Positions 25,467 to 35,339 of a stretch of DNA of 64,000 nt are shown here, one piece after another. Under the pieces are notes generated by a model, which saw nothing but the letters and a program-made list of their open reading frames with translations, did no database searches and was not told where the DNA came from. Made by a program: the position numbers and the translations under genes. Each line of letters opens with the position of its first letter. Position 1 is the stretch's first letter. The stretch spans positions 5,228-69,227 of the forward strand of contig CAYXJO010000007.1 of the NCBI GenBank assembly GCA_964465205.1, in the 5' to 3' direction. The stretch comes from an uncultured Gammaproteobacteria bacterium. Lineage in GTDB: Bacteria; Patescibacteriota; Patescibacteriia; Magasanikbacterales; GWA2-37-8.

Positions 25467-27578
25467 ATGTACTATACACAAGTGCGAAAAATATCGGTAA
25501 CCTGGCTGGTTTTGGCCATTATAGTCGGGTTGGTGGGAGGTTTTTATCCTGGCAGTATCAATTCGGTAAACGCCGCTACCGCCAAGCCTGTATCCAAAAC
25601 AGTGGTAAAAAAACCAGCGACCACCAAAAAAGTTGTCTCTACCAAAAAACCAGCGACCACTTTTAAACAAATCAAAAAGTTTACTTCGGCCAATGATTTC
25701 AAAAATTATGTCATGAAAGGACTCGCCCTGCAGTCCAATTCGTATTCCATGGGGCGAATGAATTTTTCACAGACGACTGCCGAAGTGGCTTTATCTGCAG
25801 CACCGACTATCAATGCAATTAGTGAAAGTGATTTGGGTTTGTCGTCTGGTGCCAAAACCGGTCTGGCCATGAGCCCAAATCCGGCATCAGATTATTCGTC
25901 CACCAATGTACAAGTTTTGGGTATTGATGAGCCGGATATTATCAAAAATAATGGCAAAGAAATTTTTTATTCTACTTGGAGCGTGACACCGGTGGTGAAG
26001 CCGGACAGCTCATCGTCTTTGGCGGTGGCACGACCGGATTATTGGCGTCAATCTGGCGAGACCAAGGTGATCAACGCTTTCCCGCCGGAAGATTTAAAAA
26101 TGATTACGACGATTGATTTAAAAGGAGATTTACTTTTGAGCGGTAACAATTTGGCGGTGTTTACCTATGATAAAATTGTGGGTTATGACATCACCGATCG
26201 CACGAATCCCAAAGCCAAGTGGACGATAAAATACGAAAATAACAACAGACTGGTGGGGGCGCGTTTGTATCAGGGTAAAATATATTTTGTCACTCGACAA
26301 GATATTAATGTGGAAAATCCGTGTCCGATACGACCACTATCTGTGAATGGTATGACCACCGAAATCGTTTGTGCCAATATTTATCACCCCACTGCTTTTG
26401 CTCCGGTGTCCAATGTATTTTCGGTGTTTAGTTTGGATATGAATACGGGCGCAGTGCTCAACAAAAATTCTTTTGTCGGCACCGACAGCTATCAATCGGT
26501 GTTGTATTTTTCGCCTAATGCGATTTATGTAACGTATTATACCGCCGGCAGTGTGTTTGAACGTAATTATTTATTCTTGACCGAAAATGCCGACATGTTA
26601 CCGGCCGGAATAGTAGAAAAATTAAAAAAGTTACGCGGTTATGACATCAGCGACCAAGCCAAGTTATACGAAATGGAATACTTATTGCAGACTTGGGCGT
26701 ATAGTTTGGATCAGAATAGTAACAAAGATGCCAAATTAAAATTGGAAAATGATTTGAACAATCGCGTAGATAAATTTTATGCGCGCCATTTGCGTGAATT
26801 CGAAAAAACCGGAATTGTGAAAATTGGCTTGGATGGTTTGCAGGTGGTGGCGGTAGGGGAAGTGCCGGGGCAATTGTTGAATCAGTTTTCTCTGGATGAA
26901 TATGGTGGTAATTTGCGCGCCGCCGTGACGGTGGGGCAGCGCGGTATGTTGATTTTTGACAACTGGAATAGCCAAAATACCCGTAATGATGTTTATGTGT
27001 TAAATGGCAGTATGCAAACGGTGGGTAGTGTGAAAGATCTGGGCAAAACTGAACGGATCTATTCGGCGCGATTTGTAGGTGATAGGGGATATCTGGTCAC
27101 ATTTCGCCAAACTGATCCATTCTATGTGTTGGATTTGTCCGTGCCTAACAAACCAGTGGTAAAGGGTGAACTCAAGATCCCCGGATATTCTTCTTACCTA
27201 CATCCATTGGGCGAACATCGCGTGTTGGGTATTGGCAAAGAGGACAACAAAGTAAAGGTATCATTGTTTGATGCGAGCGACCCCGCCAATCCAACCGAGC
27301 TCTCTAAATATATTCTAAATGAATATTGGTCGGAGGCGATTAATAATCATCACGCGTTTCTATCCGACAGTCGCCATCAAGTATTCTTCTTGCCTGGTTC
27401 GCAGGGTGGATACATATTCTCGTATGCCAATGGTGAATTGAAGTTGTCCAAGGCCGTGAGCGATATCAATCCAACCCGAGCATTATATATGGACAATTAT
27501 CTATATATTGTGGCCGAAGATAAAATGGTGGTGCTAAATGAGCTTACTTGGGAAAAGGTAAACGAGTATTCGTTCTAA
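25467..27578 (+). CDS. Large secreted protein with C-terminal beta-propeller-like domain (Beta_propel/PF09826-like)
   Basis: Signal-anchor VTWLVLAIIVGLVGG. C-terminal YLVTFRQTDPFYVLDLSVPNKPVVKGELKIPGYSSYLHPLG resembles the YL.TF..DPLFVIDLS.P....GEL...G.S.YLHP signature. Confidence 0.45.
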   Translation: MYYTQVRKISVTWLVLAIIVGLVGGFYPGSINSVNAATAKPVSKTVVKKPATTKKVVSTKKPATTFKQIKKFTSANDFKNYVMKGLALQSNSYSMGRMNFSQTTAEVALSAAPTINAISESDLGLSSGAKTGLAMSPNPASDYSSTNVQVLGIDEPDIIKNNGKEIFYSTWSVTPVVKPDSSSSLAVARPDYWRQSGETKVINAFPPEDLKMITTIDLKGDLLLSGNNLAVFTYDKIVGYDITDRTNPKAKWTIKYENNNRLVGARLYQGKIYFVTRQDINVENPCPIRPLSVNGMTTEIVCANIYHPTAFAPVSNVFSVFSLDMNTGAVLNKNSFVGTDSYQSVLYFSPNAIYVTYYTAGSVFERNYLFLTENADMLPAGIVEKLKKLRGYDISDQAKLYEMEYLLQTWAYSLDQNSNKDAKLKLENDLNNRVDKFYARHLREFEKTGIVKIGLDGLQVVAVGEVPGQLLNQFSLDEYGGNLRAAVTVGQRGMLIFDNWNSQNTRNDVYVLNGSMQTVGSVKDLGKTERIYSARFVGDRGYLVTFRQTDPFYVLDLSVPNKPVVKGELKIPGYSSYLHPLGEHRVLGIGKEDNKVKVSLFDASDPANPTELSKYILNEYWSEAINNHHAFLSDSRHQVFFLPGSQGGYIFSYANGELKLSKAVSDINPTRALYMDNYLYIVAEDKMVVLNELTWEKVNEYSF

Positions 27579-27593
27579 AATTATAACAAAAAA

Positions 27594-27625
27594 ATCACCG
27601 GTGTTGAGCCGGTGGTTTTTTATTT
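27594..27625. terminator. Bidirectional intrinsic terminator (caccggtgttgagccggtg flanked by A and T runs)
   Basis: Lies between convergent genes ending at 27578 and 27624. Confidence 0.55.
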
Positions 27626-28256
27626 AAGTTTTAGATTGTGATTGTACAAATTCGTAAAATTGTAAAAAATCTTTGACGATTATGGTCGGATTTTCTCTTT
27701 TCAGGTTTTCTTCATTTTGGTATCCACCCAGGATGCCGACAATAGTTTCGATGCCAGCTTCTTTAGCCTCTATCATGTCGCCGGTGGAGTCGGTGATAAA
27801 AATAACATCTTTTGGATCGATGTGGTATTTCTCAAACAGTAAACGAAACTTTTTTACTTTGCTAGCATGGATTTCATTGCCTAGTATTTCTTTAAAACAA
27901 GATAGTATCTGATGTTTGCGCAGATAGGTTCGGATAATGTCGCTGGTGGTGCTAGATATAATAAAAAGCGGAAAACGTTCGGATAGTTTTTGGATGATCA
28001 GTTGCTTTTGTTCATCGATGTCTAGTTTTTCAAAACGCTTGCCATATTCTTCAAAAAAATTTACTTTGGGACCAAATTCTTCTTCGGATTTGGTTTCGTT
28101 GATATTGCCGTTGAAAAATGATTGGTATTTTTCCAAAGTAAGACTTGGTTTGGATATTTTGTTTATCTCAAAAGCGATTGATAGGGAATCGGCGATTACT
28201 CCGTCGAAGTCAAAGAAAATGCAAACTCTCGTTCCTGTCTTGGGTCTGTTTTCCAT
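27624..28256 (-). CDS. HAD-superfamily hydrolase (phosphatase)
   Basis: VCIFFDFDGVIADS is HAD motif I (DxDGx). Downstream IFITDSTGDMIEAKEAG is motif III/IV-like. ATG at 28256. Confidence 0.75.
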   Translation of the reverse strand: MENRPKTGTRVCIFFDFDGVIADSLSIAFEINKISKPSLTLEKYQSFFNGNINETKSEEEFGPKVNFFEEYGKRFEKLDIDEQKQLIIQKLSERFPLFIISSTTSDIIRTYLRKHQILSCFKEILGNEIHASKVKKFRLLFEKYHIDPKDVIFITDSTGDMIEAKEAGIETIVGILGGYQNEENLKRENPTIIVKDFLQFYEFVQSQSKT

Positions 28257-28294
28257 ATAAAATAAAGATTGTAACAACAAATAAAAAATACCGT

Positions 28295-28792
28295 TTATGG
28301 CTTGGATAAATTATTTAGTATATCTTTAATGGCTTCATCTAAACTTCGGCTGACATCAATATTGGTTCCGTAATCAAACCGGGTAACGAGTCCAAAAACT
28401 GCCACTGTCGCACCTTCACCATATGTTTTGGAACGTTTACTGTCCCTTTCAATACAAACTTCTAGTGGTATTTTGAGCGTAAATATATAGTGCGGAAACG
28501 GCAAATTTTGGATGAGGTGTTCAATAACTTCTTTATGATAAAAGCAAGCGTCAAAAATGATTATTTTGCCGCCCGACAATTTTTCTCTTGCCGCTGGGAT
28601 AACCAGCTCATTTGCTTTTATAAAATTCTCTACTGAAATACAAGGTGCGTTGGGCGGCATTTTATCCAATCCATTTTTTTCGAGTACCTCATCCATTCCA
28701 ATACATTCCGCATCAAGTTTTTGGGCGAGCGTCTCGGCGATAGTAGATTTGCCAGACCCAAGTGGTCCGCGAATTATTATATAGTAGCTCAT
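28295..28792 (-). CDS. P-loop NTPase, small kinase-like protein (AAA_33/zeta-like fold)
   Basis: MSYYIIIRGPLGSGKSTIAETLAQKL is a Walker A. About 165 aa. ATG at 28792. Confidence 0.55.
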   Translation of the reverse strand: MSYYIIIRGPLGSGKSTIAETLAQKLDAECIGMDEVLEKNGLDKMPPNAPCISVENFIKANELVIPAAREKLSGGKIIIFDACFYHKEVIEHLIQNLPFPHYIFTLKIPLEVCIERDSKRSKTYGEGATVAVFGLVTRFDYGTNIDVSRSLDEAIKDILNNLSKP

Positions 28793-28951
28793 GTTATTTT
28801 TTAGTAATTTGCCCAAGCCCCAGTTTAATATGCACTTCTCATTTTTCGCCAGATATACCGTGTTAGGCGAGGGCTTAATTAATTACATTATTGATTATAT
28901 ATAAAGAGCAAATAAGAGCGCGGCGCCCCCCGAAGCGTTTGCGAACATACC

Positions 28952-29509
28952 TTATTTCAATAATAATTTAATTGCTTCGTATTTAGGTCTGACAATCTCT
29001 CTGGACTCATCAAAATTTAGTTGTTTCCACTTATTTTCTAGTTTTCGTTTAACAGAATCTTTTGCTTCTTTTCTTGATAGTTTTTCATAATAAAACGCGC
29101 ACTGAAAAAGGCCAGCAATATCGTTAAAAGCACTTAGAGTATCAGCCTCAATCAATATTTTAGCTTCCAATGTTTTAGGTAAAATTTGTTGAGAGCCCCG
29201 GTGCGAAATTATACAGTCCTTAACCCTTTCAATTTTTTCTGGGGGATACCCAAGTTCAGATAATTTTTCTTCTGCAATTTTCGCACCGGTGAGATGATGA
29301 TTTTCTCTACCACAAACAATAGACCCGATATCGTGGAGCCAAGCAGCAATTATCACAATTTCTTTGTCGGCGCCTAATTTATCCGCTAATGCTTCAGAAT
29401 ATTCTACAACTGGAATAAAATGATAAAGAAATGGATCATATCCATAATTGCTGCTTGGCTTTTTGCACTCGCTCTCAACAAATTTTTTAATTTTTTCGAT
29501 TATGTTCAT
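28952..29509 (-). CDS. HD-domain phosphohydrolase
   Basis: IIAAWLHDIG (HD motif) and further His/Asp residues. About 185 aa. Confidence 0.65.
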   Translation of the reverse strand: MNIIEKIKKFVESECKKPSSNYGYDPFLYHFIPVVEYSEALADKLGADKEIVIIAAWLHDIGSIVCGRENHHLTGAKIAEEKLSELGYPPEKIERVKDCIISHRGSQQILPKTLEAKILIEADTLSAFNDIAGLFQCAFYYEKLSRKEAKDSVKRKLENKWKQLNFDESREIVRPKYEAIKLLLK

Positions 29510-29651
29510 ATTTAATAGTAAAAAGCACACTCGTTAATGTCGCTGAATATTTCGGTATATATGAAGTCCTGAGTACTCGGAATTTGGGTGAAGGCTCTTG
29601 AAAGAGCCGCAGCCAGATATGCCGCGTTAGACGATGTATTTTTTAAAACAA

Positions 29652-30050
29652 TTATCTTATTAATGAAAAAATTTTATCTTTTATGGCATCTCGTACCTTT
29701 CGGGTTTCATCAAGGGTCGCCTCGAAAGGATCGGCAACGTTCCAAAAAATTATTTTCTTCGATTTAAGTAAATAGTCCGGACATTGTTTTTCTTCACACA
29801 TAACTATAATCCTTTCGCTCCCATCTATTATTTTTTGATTAATAGTTTTCACTGTTGCTTGTGAGATATCAATGCCTAATTCAAGCATAGTTTCAACTAT
29901 AATTGGGGCAGGATTTTTATATTTTACCGGCGTATCTTCTTGTATTCCGGCACTCCATGAATTGCTTGAATTTGTGAAATTGTTATAAAAAGCCTCAGCC
30001 ATTTGACTTCTTCCAACATTGCCGTAACAGACGAATAAAAATTTTTTCAT
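29652..30050 (-). CDS. Low-molecular-weight protein tyrosine phosphatase / ArsC-type (LMWPc)
   Basis: MKKFLFVCYGNVGRSQMAEAFY contains the CX5R P-loop. 132 aa. Confidence 0.82.
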   Translation of the reverse strand: MKKFLFVCYGNVGRSQMAEAFYNNFTNSSNSWSAGIQEDTPVKYKNPAPIIVETMLELGIDISQATVKTINQKIIDGSERIIVMCEEKQCPDYLLKSKKIIFWNVADPFEATLDETRKVRDAIKDKIFSLIR

Positions 30051-30097
30051 ATCATTTCGAACGTTGTTTGTTTTAAAAAATATTTCACCTAACGTAT

Positions 30098-30279
30098 CCG
30101 AGTATGCGAAGTTCGCTTTTCGGATTTATTAGTTAATTTTGTTAATTGGCTTGAGTCTATTTTATCGCACTATTCTTTAAATTGCCACCCAACGGAGAAA
30201 AGTGAATTTGGGTCGAAAAAGTTTTGCACTCCTTGATTTAAAAGTCTAATAACGCAAAACTTTTGAGCCGCATACTCGG
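30098..30279. repeat. Nested inverted repeats: outer 11-bp inverted repeat ccgagtatgcg/cgcatactcgg (30098-30108, 30269-30279) and inner 11-bp inverted repeat aaaagttttgc/gcaaaactttt (30217-30227, 30254-30264)
   Basis: Both pairs are perfect. The region shares the 10-mer gaatttgggt and tactcgg with 29571-29590 on the other side of the LMW-PTP gene. Confidence 0.55.
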
Positions 30280-30423
30280 TGTTGTCTGATGTAAATTTTT
30301 ATCTTCGTCTTTACTAGTTTAAACTTTGTTTATCGTATAGAAAATTCAAATTTTTAAATTAAAAGTTTTTGTTTTGCCTAAAGGCAAAACGATTATTTGG
30401 GGGCAATTTTATTTTTTATTTTT

Positions 30424-31464
30424 TTAAATTGGCGATTTTTGCGACTGCTCAATTGCGTGTTTTACCGCTTCGCTTGCCAGTAAAGAACTATCATATTTTC
30501 CCGCATTTTGCTCAAGCCAGCTTGCGATGTTTTTCGCAACTAAGTCGGAGAAACTGGTATCTTTTGAGTCGGCTGCTATTTTTGTTCTTCCCATTTCTCT
30601 TGGCGATTCATGAATACTGTTCGCCTGCATCCAAGAATTTAAAATCCCCAAAATTTTATCCCCATTTTCTTTTTTCTTGAAATGGATAACTATTGAATCA
30701 TTGTGGGACATAAACCCACTCAGGCTCTCGGGGATTTTAACTTGTATGATATCATCGCTTTCAAGAGCAAGCTGGCGCAATTCTTTCGCGAGTTTGGGAA
30801 TATGCTGAATGAAAGCATACTCAGCAGAGGGAATGGTTGTGTATGCCTTGATGTTTATTCCTTCTCTTTTTCCAGCTTCTGGTCTTGTATTAATTCCGAA
30901 CCACCCCGGATTACTATCCCATTTAAATTCACCGCTTGAGTCAATCGATTTTTCCAATGCTCCACGAGTATTTCTATACCATTCCATCTGCGGTTTTAGA
31001 TTTTTCATTAAATCGGCAACATCTTTTCCTGCACCATCAGTATTTTTCACAAACTCGCTCCTGCGTGTAAGCATTTCATAAATCATTCTCTTGGCGCGGT
31101 CGGAAAAATCGCCAACACCCTGATTATTTTCCAGTAAAGATTTTAATTTTTCTTCGCACAGTTTCACATTCGGCAAGTCTTTATAATTTTCTGCGTCTTT
31201 CGGCTTTTCTTGTTTTTGATCAATGTGTCCCGCAATCTCTTGTCTAATTCTTTCGATTTCGCTTTGGTCTTTTTCTGCTTGAGCTGTTTTCATTTTTTCC
31301 CACGATTCCTCTCGTTCTTTTCTATAATCTTCCATTGTTTCATCAACACGCATAGCACGCCCAGTCATGTGCATATCTTTTTTTGCTTCCTCTATTTCTT
31401 CTTGCGTTGGTGTATCACTTGCCGTCTCTTGCGTATTTGTAGGTTTTATATCTTCGAAGCCCAT
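30424..31464 (-). CDS. Hypothetical acidic protein (346 aa), no recognisable domain
   Basis: Long ORF with ATG start, co-directional with the phosphatase/kinase cluster, AT-rich like its neighbours. Confidence 0.4.
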   Translation of the reverse strand: MGFEDIKPTNTQETASDTPTQEEIEEAKKDMHMTGRAMRVDETMEDYRKEREESWEKMKTAQAEKDQSEIERIRQEIAGHIDQKQEKPKDAENYKDLPNVKLCEEKLKSLLENNQGVGDFSDRAKRMIYEMLTRRSEFVKNTDGAGKDVADLMKNLKPQMEWYRNTRGALEKSIDSSGEFKWDSNPGWFGINTRPEAGKREGINIKAYTTIPSAEYAFIQHIPKLAKELRQLALESDDIIQVKIPESLSGFMSHNDSIVIHFKKKENGDKILGILNSWMQANSIHESPREMGRTKIAADSKDTSFSDLVAKNIASWLEQNAGKYDSSLLASEAVKHAIEQSQKSPI

Positions 31465-31733
31465 AGAATTAAAAAAATAAAAAATAAAATTGCCCCCAAA
31501 TAATCCGCGAAGCGGAAAAACTTTTAATTTAAAAATTTGAATTTTCGTCTTTGTTCAACGCACTAAAGCTTGAAATTACCACAAAGATAAAAATTTATTT
31601 CAGACAACTACCTTTATCACAACTCGTAGCCAAAATGGCTAAAATATAATAAAATTTTGGTTGAAAATAGGTTATACCCCCTGGGGGTATGAATACATAT
31701 AATAATACCATCCACACGGACAACGTCAACCAC

Positions 31734-31762
31734 TTGACAAATTCCCCAACTATATATATAAT
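31734..31762 (+). promoter_or_regulatory. Consensus sigma70 promoter (TTGACA - 17 nt - TATAAT), likely for the rpsL-rpsG-fusA operon, with about 210-nt leader
   Basis: cacTTGACAaattccccaactatataTATAATgtcc. It overlaps the listed 68-aa ORF 31595..31801, which is therefore rejected. Confidence 0.6.
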
Positions 31763-31974
31763 GTCCTCAGAATGTAATTTCCCCAAAAACACGAGTTGCA
31801 ACAGTGTTCCGGGGATTAAAAAGTTGGCTGATCATAGGTCAGTCTTTTATTTTCTCGCAAAGTGAGAGAAAAAGAAATTTATTTCTTTTTCCGAGCGAAG
31901 CGCAGAAAACATGCCCGAAGGGCTTATTTAAAGAAATTTTTAATAAAGTAACGAATATCGTTACGAAATAACTT

Positions 31975-32403
31975 ATGCCTACTCTAAGCCAAATCATGCG
32001 CAAGGGTCGCCATCCAAAAGTGACGAAGAGCAAATCTCCGGCACTCATGGCTGGTATCGACAACTTGCATCGTCGCAAGACCACGTTTGATCGCGGTTGC
32101 GCTTTCAAACGCGGCGTGTGTACCAAAGTGTACACTACCACTCCGAAGAAACCGAACTCGGCTCTTCGTAAAGTCGCCAAGGTTCGTCTTTCCAATGGTA
32201 TGGAAGTAATCGCCTACATCCCAGGTGAAGGTCACAATTTGCAAGAGCACTCCATCGTGCTTATTCGTGGTGGCCGTGTAAAAGATCTTCCGGGTGTACG
32301 CTATCACATTGTTCGTGGTGTATATGATGCGCAAGGTGTCGAAGCGCGTCGCCGCGGTCGTAGTGTGTACGGCGCCAAACGTCCGAAAGCTGCTAAGAAA
32401 TAA
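31975..32403 (+). CDS. rpsL: 30S ribosomal protein S12
   Basis: [23 protein letters not shown]...[19 protein letters not shown] is canonical. It carries an about 15-aa insertion ([20 protein letters not shown]) relative to E. coli. Confidence 0.92.
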   Translation: MPTLSQIMRKGRHPKVTKSKSPALMAGIDNLHRRKTTFDRGCAFKRGVCTKVYTTTPKKPNSALRKVAKVRLSNGMEVIAYIPGEGHNLQEHSIVLIRGGRVKDLPGVRYHIVRGVYDAQGVEARRRGRSVYGAKRPKAAKK

Positions 32404-32414
32404 TCTGTAATTTT

Positions 32415-32891
32415 ATGCGTGGAAAACAAGCAAAAAGACGCGACATTAAACCCGATGCCAAATACGGCAGCGTAGTTCTTGCTCGCTTTATCAACTGTGT
32501 AATGTTAAATGGTAAAAAGACGGTTGCCCAAGATATTGTTTATACTGCTTTGGACAAAATGTCCGAGACTCTCAAAAAAGAGCCGGTCAAAGCATTCGAA
32601 GAAGTGATTCGTACCGTCGCCCCTCAGGTGGAAGTTCGCTCCCGCCGTGTGGGTGGTGCCAACTACCAAGTACCGATGCCGGTGCGCGGTGATCGCCAAT
32701 ATGCGCTCGCTTTTCGTTGGATTATTGGTGCCGCGCGCGCTCGCAAAGGTCAACCGATGGCCAATAAATTGGCCCAGGTTTTGATTGATACCCTCAATGG
32801 CGTGGGTGATGCTATTCGCAAACGCGACGATGTTCATCGTATGGCCGAAGCCAACAAGGCTTTTGCTCACTTTGCTCGCTTCGCTAAATAA
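32415..32891 (+). CDS. rpsG: 30S ribosomal protein S7
   Basis: 158-aa ORF in the conserved position. Matches an S7-like N-terminus and the C-terminal KAFAHFARF. Confidence 0.9.
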   Translation: MRGKQAKRRDIKPDAKYGSVVLARFINCVMLNGKKTVAQDIVYTALDKMSETLKKEPVKAFEEVIRTVAPQVEVRSRRVGGANYQVPMPVRGDRQYALAFRWIIGAARARKGQPMANKLAQVLIDTLNGVGDAIRKRDDVHRMAEANKAFAHFARFAK

Positions 32892-32905
32892 TTATCATTA
32901 TATAT

Positions 32906-34984
32906 ATGCCCCGTGAATATTCATTAGACAAAACTCGCAACTTTGGTATTGCCGCTCACATTGATGCCGGCAAGACCACTACTACGGAGCGCGTGCTTTT
33001 TTACACCGGTAAAAAATACAAAATCGGCGAGGTGCACGAAGGTGCGGCCGAAATGGATTGGATGGAACAAGAAAAAGAGCGCGGTATTACTATTACTTCC
33101 GCCGCGACTACTTGTTTTTGGAAAGATCATCGCATGAATATCATCGACACTCCTGGCCACGTAGATTTTACCGTCGAGGTGGAGCGCTCGCTCCGTGTAC
33201 TCGATGGTTCGGTCACTGTATTCGATGGTTCTCAAGGTGTGGAGCCGCAGTCCGAAACTGTCTGGCACCAAGCCGACAAATATAATGTCCCGCGTGTTTG
33301 TTTCATCAACAAGATGGACAAAATGGGTGCGGATTTCTACATGAGTCTTGCTTCCATTCACGAACGTCTCTCCAAAAATGCTTTTGCTATTCAACTTCCG
33401 ATTGGCGCCGAGTCCACTTTTTCTGGCCTCGTTGATTTGATCGAAGAAAAAGCTTACAAATTCGAAGGTAAAAACGGTGAGAACATTATTGAGATTCCGA
33501 TTCCGGAAGATATGAAGGATCAAGTAAAAGATTATCGCGCCAAAATGATTGAAAAAGTTGCCGAAGCCAACGACGCGACCATGACCAAATATCTCAATGG
33601 TGAAAATTTTACTGTTGATGAAATTCGCAAAGCTATTCGCGAACTTACTATTTCCGGCCGCGCTTACGCGGTTATCTGTGGTTCCGCTTTGGGTAATATT
33701 GGTGTGCAGTTCATGTTGGATTCGGTGGTGTGGTATTTGCCGGCTCCGACCGATTTGCCAGAAACCAAAGGCACTGACCCGAATAATGAAGATGCCCCGA
33801 TTACCCGCAAAGCCAGCGATGAAGAACCGTTTTCCGCTTTGGCTTTCAAGGTGACCACCGATCCGTTTGTGGGTAAATTGGTTTTCTTCCGCGTGTATTC
33901 CGGCAAGGTCTCCGCTGGTAGTTATGTGTACAATTCTTCTACTGGTGAAAAAGAACGTTTGGGCCGCGTAGTGCGCATGCATGCCAATCATCGCGAAGAT
34001 GTAACCGATGTGTACGCCGGTGAAATCGCCGCCGCCATTGGTTTCAAAAATGTGCATACCGGTGATACTTTATGTGATGAGAATAAACCGATCGTTTTGG
34101 AAAAAATTGTGTTCCCGGAACCGGTTATCTCGATCGCCATCGAACCCAAGACCAAGGCTGACCAAGAAAAAATCGGTTTGGCTATGCAGAAATTGGCCGA
34201 AGAGGATCCAACCTTCCGCGTACATACTGACGAAGAGACTTTGCAGACTATTATTTCCGGTATGGGCGAATTACACCTCGACATTATCGTGGATCGCATG
34301 AAACGCGAATTCAAAGTGGAGGCCAATGTGGGCAATCCGCAAGTCGCGTACAAAGAAGCGATCAAAGCTAGTGCCGAAGCCGAAGGCAAATATATCAAAC
34401 AGTCCGGCGGTCGTGGTCAGTACGGCCATTGTTATTTGCGCGTTGAACCGAATGAACATGGTAAGGGCCTGGAATTCATTGATGAGATCAAAGGCGGTGT
34501 GGTCCCGCGCGAGTATGTACCAGCTATCGAAAAAGGTGTGAAAGAAGCCGTGTCTCGTGGTATCCTCGCCGGCTACGAAGTGGTGGATATCAAAGTCACT
34601 TGTTTCGATGGTTCCTACCACGAAGTGGACTCTTCCGAAATTGCCTTTAAGATGGCGGCTATCATGGCTTTCCAAGCTGCCTGTAAGAAGGCTAGCCCGG
34701 TAATCCTCGAGCCGATTATGAAAGTTGAAGTTCTGACTCCAGAGCAGTACATGGGCGAAGTTATTGGTGACCTGAATTCCAAACGTGGTCAGATTCAAGA
34801 AATGACTGATCGCGGTAGTATGAAAGTGGTACGCGCGATGGTACCTTTGGCCAGCATGTTTGGTTATGTCACTTCCTTGCGTTCCATGAGTCAGGGTCGT
34901 GCTAGTTCCAGTATGGAATTTGATCACTATTCTGATGTGCCGAATAATGTAGCGACGCAGATTATTGAAGGAAAGAAGAAGTAA
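32906..34984 (+). CDS. fusA: Elongation factor G
   Basis: [26 protein letters not shown] and full five-domain length (692 aa). The antisense ORFs 32924..34057 and 34271..35005 are shadows. Confidence 0.95.
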   Translation: MPREYSLDKTRNFGIAAHIDAGKTTTTERVLFYTGKKYKIGEVHEGAAEMDWMEQEKERGITITSAATTCFWKDHRMNIIDTPGHVDFTVEVERSLRVLDGSVTVFDGSQGVEPQSETVWHQADKYNVPRVCFINKMDKMGADFYMSLASIHERLSKNAFAIQLPIGAESTFSGLVDLIEEKAYKFEGKNGENIIEIPIPEDMKDQVKDYRAKMIEKVAEANDATMTKYLNGENFTVDEIRKAIRELTISGRAYAVICGSALGNIGVQFMLDSVVWYLPAPTDLPETKGTDPNNEDAPITRKASDEEPFSALAFKVTTDPFVGKLVFFRVYSGKVSAGSYVYNSSTGEKERLGRVVRMHANHREDVTDVYAGEIAAAIGFKNVHTGDTLCDENKPIVLEKIVFPEPVISIAIEPKTKADQEKIGLAMQKLAEEDPTFRVHTDEETLQTIISGMGELHLDIIVDRMKREFKVEANVGNPQVAYKEAIKASAEAEGKYIKQSGGRGQYGHCYLRVEPNEHGKGLEFIDEIKGGVVPREYVPAIEKGVKEAVSRGILAGYEVVDIKVTCFDGSYHEVDSSEIAFKMAAIMAFQAACKKASPVILEPIMKVEVLTPEQYMGEVIGDLNSKRGQIQEMTDRGSMKVVRAMVPLASMFGYVTSLRSMSQGRASSSMEFDHYSDVPNNVATQIIEGKKK

Positions 34985-34989
34985 ATTTT

Positions 34990-35100
34990 TAAAAAGCCGG
35001 CACAACTGATATTTTTTCGCTTTTTTCGCGCGCGAGCGCGAAAGGATGATCCGGTGGGATCATAACCCGCGAAAAAGCATCAGTTGTGCCGGCTTTTGTT
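34990..35100 (+). repeat. Structured repeat element copy 4: outer stem aaaaagccggcacaactgat/atcagttgtgccggctttt enclosing the core TTTTTTCGCTTTTTTCGCGCGCGAGCGCGAAAGGATGATCCGGTGGGATCATAACCCGCGAAAAAG
   Basis: Hairpin 1 stem is CGCGC/GCGCG rather than CGCCC/GGGCG (compensatory), with the GCGA loop kept. Hairpin 2 is ATGATCC/GGATCAT (compensatory). AACCCGC is conserved. Sits directly after the fusA stop. Confidence 0.85.
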
Positions 35101-35339
35101 TTTGCTGTGGAGTGGGGGTATAAAAATGTATTCATTCTCTTTTTTTGTTGGGCGAAGAGTGTGCGAATGTAAATCCGATCGGAAGTAATCATACCGTATC
35201 TTTTTGTTGACAAAATCTGTAATAAGTAGTTTATTATATACTCAAGCGCTCTTTACAAAGCAATATCCGTGAGCGCGAGAAACTGACAGGTGTCGGTTTT
35301 TTGTTTCATGGGTATTTAAAATCAAACAGGAGGTGGGCC

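Noticed and set aside
31595-31801. 68-aa hydrophobic minus-strand ORF
   Set aside because: Overlaps the consensus plus-strand promoter of the str operon. No SD. Likely spurious in AT-rich DNA.
32924-34057. 377-aa ORF on the minus strand, opposite fusA (also 34271..35005 and 33988..34398)
   Set aside because: Antisense shadow of the highly expressed, codon-biased fusA gene. Composition is F/R/H/G-rich and non-protein-like, with no promoter or SD.
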